DNA of 64,000 nt. Source: Octopus sinensis (taxonomy: Eukaryota). The translations under genes were made by a program, and so were the position numbers. Location: positions 146,134,001 to 146,198,000 of the forward strand of contig NC_042999.1 of the NCBI RefSeq assembly GCF_006345805.1, in the 5' to 3' direction. Under the pieces are notes generated by a model. The model saw only the letters and a list, made by a program, of their open reading frames with translations. It made no database searches and had not been told where the DNA came from. Below, piece by piece: positions 55,880-64,000 of this stretch (its first letter is position 1; each line of letters starts with the position of its first letter).

Positions 55880-57121
55880 CTTAAAAAAAAACAAAAAACA
55901 AATTTAATAACACAGAACATATATTATAAAGGACCACATCAAAGACTTGAAATTGGTACTTCTACTAAACAATTCTAAATGCATCAAGCATGCTTCTTGC
56001 ACTCTCTTTCTCTCTCTCTCCTCTCTCTTTGTGTCAGGTTTTGCCTGATGACAACTAACATGGTTGAATAAGCTGTCAGCTAACAGTTAAAACAAATGAT
56101 ATGATATATTTGACTCTATTTTCATGACTGAGTTAACCTATCAGTCAACCGAACTAATATTCTTGAAATTCTTTTGAAATAATAACCTTAAATAAACATT
56201 AAAATGTGAGTGTGTGTGCATCTTTACATAGGCATGTATATATATATATATATATATATATATCTGTGAATTGGTTCTAACATTGGTTTCATGTTAAGAA
56301 AAATAGGAAAATATCTTGATACTTCAATTTTTCAATTTTTCAAGCCCATCACACAAAAGAATGGTATTCATCTCCATTTTAGATAAACACCCATTTTCAT
56401 CATTCAACATTTGTTTATACACAAGCACACACACACATACACACTATATATATATATTATATATATATATATATATATATTTTATTCTCTCTCTATTTAT
56501 TTTCTCTTATTCCTTTCTGTTGAAGAGCGTAGGCTCGAAATGTAAAAGACTTCCTCACTTCCCTGAGCTTCAACCTAATACACCTTTTTGTTGTTTATAC
56601 CTGACTCCATCTTTTGTTCTGTAAATTCCAACTATATATATATATATGTATATATCATCATCATCATCATTGTTTAACGTTCGTTTTTCATGTTGGCATG
56701 GGTTGGATGGTTTGACTGGGGACTAGCAAGCCAGGAGGCTGATATATGTATATATATAAGTATCCATGCTGGTGCCACATAAAATGTACCCTATATACAT
56801 ATGCACATACACACATTCATGCATACATACATGCATGCATAGGCACAAACGTGCACACAATCAAACAAAAAGGAACGCAGTATGAGTTACGGACAGTTAA
56901 AACTATTGAAAAGGTTGCAAGGCGTAACAAAAATTTTAGAAAAATAAAAAGAAAATAAGTGGAAATTTTACTATTGAGTTTGTTAAATTATAAGGCACCA
57001 AAAGAGAATGACTCTCCCCAGACACAACAGTATATATATATATATTTCTTATTATTATCATTATTATTATTATTATTAATCAGCAGCAGAAGTTACAGAG
57101 TGGCTCAAGAGCCAAAAGTTT

Positions 57122-57570
57122 CATGGAATCTGTCCAGAGACGTGCAACCAAACGCATACCCTCCATCAGACACCTACCATATTCTGAGCGCCTTGTTTCC
57201 CTGGGCATGGATTCACTGAAGCTCCGGCGTCTGGCGACGGACTTGGTAAAAACTCACAAAGTTATCAACCACCTCACCAACAACAACACTGAACACCTTT
57301 TTGATCTTCATGTGTCTAACACACGTGGACATGCCTACAAAGTCAGAAAACAACACAGCTCCCATGACTTTCGGAAACATTTTTTCACGCTCAGAGTTGC
57401 TGAAGCATGGAATAAACTGCCTGCATCAGTTGTTGACTGCTATGACACTGCATCCTTTAAGGCCCTCATGCTTTCCGAAATCCGCCGAAACTACACCTGA
57501 TTATATATACACTTTAGATGAGTTGTAGTGCACCTGAGCACTGTACACAATTATTATTATTATTATATCT
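57122..57570 (+). mobile_element. 5'-truncated CR1-clade LINE 3' end
   Basis: ESVQRRATKRIP...NTRGHAYK...RKHFFTLRVAEAWNKLP; (ATT)n tail. Confidence 0.9.
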
Positions 57571-57964
57571 ATTAACATATAAAATGTATAATACATTAAT
57601 TCTATAAAATATAAAAATTTTTTATCCATATTTCTAATGAATATGCTAAAAGCATGTACATTTAAAGAATTTTGATAAAATTGAACAAAATTTCTAAAGT
57701 AATGTAATATATTTCAGGATGTCAGCATGTGAATATATGTGCAAATGTATAAATAAGTGTGTGAATATTTATCTTACTAATCTCAATTTTATTCTCACTA
57801 CCACTATATCCCTATCTATATTTCTTTCTTTCTGTATATCCTTCTTTCTCTCTCTCTCTCACTCTTCCCCTGAACTAGTATGAGACTATCGCAAGTGTAG
57901 GATATATTATTTTTAAGACTTAGTCTGAATAAATGCACATAGATGCTTTAAAAAATGTATATTA

Positions 57965-58353
57965 CTATCAGTATCGCCCGGCATTGCTCGAGTTTATTTT
58001 GAACCTTTAGAATTGGAATTTTTGAAAAGTAAAAATTTTGCATTATGTAGCTTGTTATTCTCTTTAAGTGAACATTCTGGTTGAAAAACATCGAAAAATG
58101 GTGACACAGCAGTCAAAAAATCGTAAAAAATAGGGATTTTCATAGCAAAAAAGCACCTTTTTGATGTAAATAATTTTTGGTCTTAACATGATCCGATTCG
58201 AATTTTTTCTTGTACGGAATGAAGAGCAAGCCTTCTTCTAACATACTCTCAATTTTGGTCAACTTGCGCCACAGGGTCTCGGAGAAGATAGTGTTAGTTG
58301 AAGGCTACCAAACCTGCCACACACACAGACAACTTCAGCTTTATATATATAGA
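57965..58353 (-). mobile_element. Non-autonomous Helitron (second family)
   Basis: Minus-strand A^TC start, near-CTAG end (ATAG) and subterminal cccggcattgctcgag hairpin; same layout as the 51868 element. Confidence 0.6.
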
Positions 58354-59285
58354 TTATGATTTCATTTTATTCATGTTGATATTTGTGTTTATGTACATGT
58401 AAAAGAAGCAAGCTGGCAGAACCGTTAGTACTTAGCAGCATTTTGTCCATCTTTAAGTTCTGAATTTCCACTGAGGTTGACTTTGCCTCTTATCCTTTCA
58501 GGGTTGATGAAATAAGTACCAGTTGAGCACTGAGGTCAGTGTAATCAAATATCTCCAGCCTCCAAAATTTCAGGCCTTGTAGCAAAATTTGTAACAAATA
58601 TTTATGTTCAAGTAATGGGTTTCCCCTGTTGTATTAATATAATTAACTATTAACAACAGAATTAAAGATAATGCCATAGATTCCAGTTTTAAATGTAATG
58701 CATTCACACCCCATGATCAATATGTTTAACTAGGAATCTCCGTTTATCTTAGATACACTAGCATTCAAACAAGTTCTTCCTGAGGATACAGTTCTGACTT
58801 TAATCTCTTTTGTTCACTCTACATACATACAGGGCTGGATTAAGACCCAAAGAGGCCCTAAGCACTTAAAAGGTTTTGGTGCTGTCTTGTATATCTAAAT
58901 GGTTCAAAATGTAAACAAAAATAATTCAAAATGTAAATGATAATAAACTATATAATAAATTTTTGTATTTCAAAATGAAATGTGATCGATGCCAGTCAGG
59001 CGTATTCACACACTTATTTATAAACACATCCATGCTTACACATTTACACATATATTCACATGCAGACATTCTGAAATACTTAGAAATTTTGTTCAATTTT
59101 AACAAAATTTTTTTAATGTACATGCTTTTAGCATATTGTTTAGGAATATATATGAAAAATTATATATTCTATAGAATTAATATATTATAAATTTTATGTC
59201 ATAGATACATTCCCATGCATGAAAATTTTGACTCCTGAGTCACTCTGTAACTTCTGCTGATGAATAATATATGTATATATACATA

Positions 59286-59520
59286 CAGGGTGGCCCAAAA
59301 GTAGGTTTACAGTTATTCAACTATCTCTTTTGCATTCACATATTAATAGTTTAGATCTTAATTATAAAAAGATATAAAACTATTATTCTATGCTAATTTA
59401 GTTAATTTTGTCAAGATCCCTTTTCAGTTTGTAAGACAGAAAGTTAAATGTAATAAAATGTTTTAAAAGAAATTTGAAGTGCCTACGTGATAACCGTGAA
59501 TCTACTTTTGGGCCACCATG
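59286..59520. mobile_element. Tc1/mariner MITE (235 bp)
   Basis: ~30-bp TIR CAGGGTGGCCCAAAAGTAGGTTTACAGTTAT / ATAACCGTGAATCTACTTTTGGGCCACCATG with a TA TSD. Confidence 0.9.
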
Positions 59521-59522
59521 TA

Positions 59523-59900
59523 TATATCAAAATCGAATAGTGAAATCGAAATCGAATTGAACCAGCCAGGACCCCTGGACTGGTGGTACGTAAAAAGCAC
59601 TATCCGACTCTTGGCCGATGCCAGCGCCGCCTCGACTGGCTTCTGTGACGGTGGCATGTAAAATGCACCAATCCGACCGTGGCCGTAGCCAGCCTCGCCT
59701 GGCACCTGTGCAGGTGGCACGTAAAAAGCACCCACTACACTCATGGAGTGGTTGGCATTAGGAAGGGCATCCAGCTGAAGAAACATTGCCAGATAAGACT
59801 GGAGCCTGGTGCAGCCTTCTGGCTTCCCAGATCCCCGGTTGAATCGTCCAACCCATGCTAGCATGGAGAACGGACGTTAAACGATGATGATGATGATGAT
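59523..59900 (+). mobile_element. RTE 3'UTR-only insertion with ~2.5 hairpin units
   Basis: Matches the 3'UTR of the 41349-43199 copy; (GAT)n tail. Confidence 0.85.
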
Positions 59901-60199
59901 GATATATATATAATCATATCGAAGGGAAATGGAAATTAATAGAAATTTTCACTTCCATTGGCCTAGCATGTAAAAATTTAGTCCAAAGAATATGTAATAC
60001 TCATAAAATACAGTGTACATTTAAACACATAAGAGGAATCCACTTATGGGATTCATCACACTAGGAAGAACAGCTAGGTTCCAAAACCACAAAATTAGGG
60101 ATAAAATCCCGAAAGGAACGAAATGAAAAATAAAACTTTTATCATCTAGTTTCCTAGACCAATTGGTTTTTGATTTTGTTTAGCAAATAAGGTAATTTG

Positions 60200-61170
60200 C
60201 TAGGTGAAATTGTCATCAACACGTACACCTCAGATTAAATATATAAACACGAGGCAATCCTGGATGGAAAGCACTCAACATACAAAAAAAAAAAAAGACT
60301 ATGCCCGGAACCTTGAGGAAAACAGTAGAATTGACACAAAATGCATCCTCTCTTGGACACAAGACCACTACATCATATCACTCTTTGAAGGCTATGCATT
60401 TGCAATCCAGGAACAGGAGATTGCCACAAAGTACCTGGTGAACAAGAGAGACAGTGACATTCTTGTAATCCCAAGGTAAAACTGCATGTGTAGGCTATGT
60501 CATGTTTCTGTAAAAGACATTATGCATGGGATTAGCAGCTGTCCTAAAATGTTGTCATGGTACTACCTCCCTATGCGGCACAATGTTGTTGCTAAAACAA
60601 TTTGCAATGCCATCTGCAAAAAAAGACTGTACTGAAATAAACTTAGAAAATCCCTCTGTTATGGAATATATTCATAAACACCAACTCAAAGAATACTGGT
60701 GGAATATTCCCATCAAAACTTCTGTCATTGTAAACATAACAGGCCGGATATTGTTGTTTGAAAAGGAGGAGCAAAGGTATGTACCATCATAGAAATCAGC
60801 TGCCCTGCAGATATAAATATCTCTTTGAAAATCAAAGAAAAAGAGGATATCTGTAGACAATTGCTTTGAAACCTCCAGTGTTTATATCCAGACTATGAAT
60901 TCATATTCATACCAATAATAATTGGAGCACTAGGTTTTGTTAGTAAATGCTTAAAGGATAATTTGGATAAACTGGAATTTTCAGAAAGAGAAATTAACTG
61001 GCTAATTTGTACATTACCAGTGCAATTTGAGAGTGGAATAGTAAAAATATGTAAGACTTTTCTTAAGTTCCAAATGTGAATTTGTCTGTGTCAACTACAT
61101 CTCAAAGATGGAGCCTTGTATCTTTGCTGGGAGCCGGTTCCCTCATAAGTGGAAGATTTATAATAATTAA
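60200..61170 (+). mobile_element. 3' fragment of an R4/Dong-type (RLE) non-LTR retrotransposon
   Basis: AIQEQEIATKYL, a CRLC...H...C knuckle, RHNVVAK, EYWWN, RPDIV and IIEISCP (PD..D/E nuclease); decayed. Confidence 0.8.
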
Positions 61171-61184
61171 AACATAGAAGAGAC

Positions 61185-61370
61185 ATACATACAAAAGTAC
61201 ATACATACATGCATACATACGTACATACATACATACACACATGCATACATACACACATGCATACATACACACATGCATACATACACACATGCATACATAT
61301 GTACACACATACATACATACAGAAATATGCACATATGTACATGGATACGTACATACATATATGTATATAA
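61185..61370. repeat. (CATA)n/(CA)n microsatellite. Many other (TA)n, (CA)n, (GA)n, (ATT)n and (CAT)n tracts occur throughout.
   Basis: Direct inspection. Confidence 0.95.
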
Positions 61371-61897
61371 AGTCATGCACATTATTGACAATCATTCTTC
61401 TGACAGTTTGGGATTGATCTGGTCTCTTTAGATAATGGCAGTATGTATGCACATTTTTGTTTTGTATACAATCAAACAACCTCATCATCATCATCTGTCT
61501 GTTTTCCATGCTGGCATGGGTTGGAAGGTTTGACTGGTAAACTGGAGAGCTGCACCAGGTTTCATTCTGATTTGGTACAGTTTCTTCAGCTGAATACCCT
61601 TCCTAACACCAACCACTTCAAGAGTGTAGTGGGTACTTTTTACATGTCACTAGTACAGGTGTCAGTTATGAAACACAGGCAATGGGCATGACTATGATCT
61701 CATTTGGCTTGTCAAGAGACTATTTTCTCACCAGGTTTTGGTGAAAGAGCACTGAAATATCAGTACTGTAATTCGCTATTTTAAAAACTTTTTTCAGATA
61801 AACTTGAACTGAATAAAATACCTTACTGCATTCTCTAAAATGAAATCTAAATTTATTCTGTGTGAAAGAAGATTCGCTATAAAACTATTTTTCTCAC

Positions 61898-61995
61898 CTG
61901 ATTTATTGCTACATGTGGTTCAAGGAATTGTTCAAATAAGGCACCAAATGAAAGTTTGTAAATTTCCAACTGACTCTCTTTCCCTGTGGCACTTC
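61898..61995 (-). CDS. WDR93: WDR93-like gene, internal exon (98 nt, phase 1->0): (G)SATGKESQLEIYKLSFGALFEQFLEPHVAINQ
   Basis: Polypyrimidine acceptor ttcttttctgccag and GTGAG donor; open frame. Resembles the 'GDIWLDVYKLP...LEHP' segment of WDR93 as I recall it. Phase-compatible with the next exon. Confidence 0.75.
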
Positions 61996-63079
61996 CTGGC
62001 AGAAAAGAACAGAAACGAAAATTTTTTATACTAAGAAGTAGAGTATCAATGATATTAATTATGTTCTTATGATAACGATCATTACAGCAATCACCTTACA
62101 ACAACAATTTACAATATTTAATGGTGTCTATGGCATACTTATTTCCAAAAAAAATGTCTCAATCTCAAAAATCACCCAGGCGCCTTTAAGCTATAGTTGT
62201 CCCAAATGCTCACAACTATAGACTAATTATAATCCAGACAGTCTCTTCTATCTAATGTCACTCCATAATAAGTTACTTTATACATACAGTAATATCTTCT
62301 GTCATAGCAAATGTACTTTTGTAATGTGCTGCTAAATTGCTTTAAATATTACATTTTTTTCCTGAATATGTGCAACTGAAATTAAAATTTATCTGAGATA
62401 CCTGTGTATCTCTTATGTCATCAAAGATGGTACTTGAAAATGGATAGTATTTACTCTTTTACTTGCTTCAGTCATTTGACTGCGGCCATGCTGGAGCACC
62501 ACCTTTATTTCTTCATCATAATGATATTAATTGCCATATATCATTACTCTATTTAATTGGAGTTTATGTTGGATAAGACAGGTGATCTCTGCATAAGAGA
62601 CAAGAGTACTTTTGTCAAAGTGCAATCTCCAGTCAGCTATGACTGAACAAACCTACAGCCAGTAAGTAGTTGGCTGGATGATAATCCACAGATATACCAT
62701 GCTTCTGCTGATCTCAAGACTGTACTGCATACTTTGACACACACATACAAGAGTGCTGCTGCTGCTGCTTCTGCTTCTTCTTCTCCTCCTCCTCCATCTT
62801 CCAATCAAGACTCATGCAATAGGCCACAAAGAATGATCTCTAATTCAAGCCTATTCTAAACTGCTTAGAATGCATGTGGAAACTTGAAGATCCATCCACC
62901 ACACACGAAAGGTTGGCGGTTGCACAGGCATGAAAGCTACATTGTTATCCTCATTCCATAAACGGTGGCTTTTAACAGGTGGAGAGATGAACCATCCTGG
63001 GGTACAGAGGATTCGCAATCTAGACTAGGGTCTGAAAGTTTACCACACCATAGTGGGTTACACCATGGTTCCTTTGCTT

Positions 63080-63285
63080 TGCAGCTTTGTAGCAGAAGTA
63101 GGAAGAAAGAGTGAGAAAAAATTGTGAAAGAGTACAGCGGGGTTCACCACCCAACCCCCGCCAGGGCCTCATGGAGCTTAGGTGTTTTTGCTCAATAAAC
63201 ACTCACAATGCCCAGTTTCGAAATCGAAACCGCATTCTTACAACCGTGAGTCTGCTGCCCAAACCACTGGGCCATTGCGCCTCCA
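63080..63285 (-). mobile_element. tRNA-derived SINE, family C
   Basis: Head ggaggcgcaatggcccagtgg (A-box) ... ggtttcgatt (B-box), followed by a non-tRNA body. Confidence 0.7.
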
Positions 63286-64000
63286 TGGCTGTTGTCAGCA
63301 CTGACCAAGCAGGTCTAGGATGGAAGACAGTCCAGTCAAAATTATTTTGTCTTTTCCTTGCTTAAGATGACAGGGTGTGATATGAGGGAGATTTTGATAA
63401 TATTTCTAGTTAACCAAGTGATCACAGCAGGGGCAGCCAAGTTGAATTTGATAGCTAGTATTTCTCTGCATTAAGCAAAGGTGGTGTAAATCACAGAATA
63501 GTTTTTAGGACAAACAAGGCTAATTCTTATTGGCATTTCTTCCAGTGCTTTATATTCTTAGTTCAAATTCCAGCAAGATCAGCTTTGCCTTTCATCCTTT
63601 CAAGGCCAATAAAATAAGTGAGGGGCTGATGAAATTAACTTGCCCATTCCCCTGGAAACTATTGGTCTTGTGTCAAAATTAGTAAGGAATAATTTTTTAT
63701 TTATGTGTATTTCTTTTTATAGTCTGAGTGGAAAAGGCAGATTTTATGATAGAGTTGTAGTAGCGTTCTGGGATGTTATAAATACAACAAGGTACTTAAG
63801 AGTAATTGTACATAGACTGGCAGGGATTGTGAGCGATGAAGTTTACAGGGATTGACTTTTCATTTTTAGCATTTTTCATTCATGGCATAGATCATCAGTG
63901 TGCAGCCTGTGATGACGTACAATGAAATGTTTTACACACTTTGTAATTTATTAAGGTTTTGTTTTGAAGAGAATGAAGGCTTTGATAGGATCTGCATCAT

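Noticed and set aside
63205-63285. tRNA gene (also the heads at 8308 and 43733)
   Set aside because: No complete cloverleaf or acceptor stem, and each continues into a repeat body, so these are SINE heads.
62000-64000. Further upstream WDR93 exon candidates (e.g. ~62403-62433)
   Set aside because: Wrong end phase or in-frame stops and no recognisable similarity, so the next exon is probably outside the window.

Overview
AT-rich, microsatellite-dense animal genomic DNA. The SINE/LINE repertoire looks like an octopus or other coleoid cephalopod (recognition only, no database search). One host gene crosses the whole window on the minus strand: six phase-compatible GT-AG exons (633 nt, 211 codons, no stops) encoding the middle of a WDR93-like WD-repeat protein, with introns up to about 30 kb. 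Most of the rest is mobile DNA. This includes several RTE-clade LINEs, a TSD-flanked L1/Tx1-like LINE nested inside a Penelope-like element (PLE), four PLE remnants, CR1, R4/Dong and BovB-like fragments, Helitron/Helentron pieces, Tc1/mariner and piggyBac MITEs, and at least three tRNA-derived SINE families. Two themes stand out. (1) Minimal hammerhead-ribozyme (HHR)-like motifs recur, most with palindromic stem III. One family has a variant core (CUGU-N-GA) in a short (TA)n-embedded element, and a 1.2-1.5 kb tandem triplication starts 6 nt upstream of it. Another sits in a palindromic element with two back-to-back tRNA-like heads. (2) The RTE 3'UTRs carry a ~61-bp two-hairpin module at variable copy number, with stems conserved and loops variable. 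Ribozyme activity, expression and family names are inferences and were not tested.
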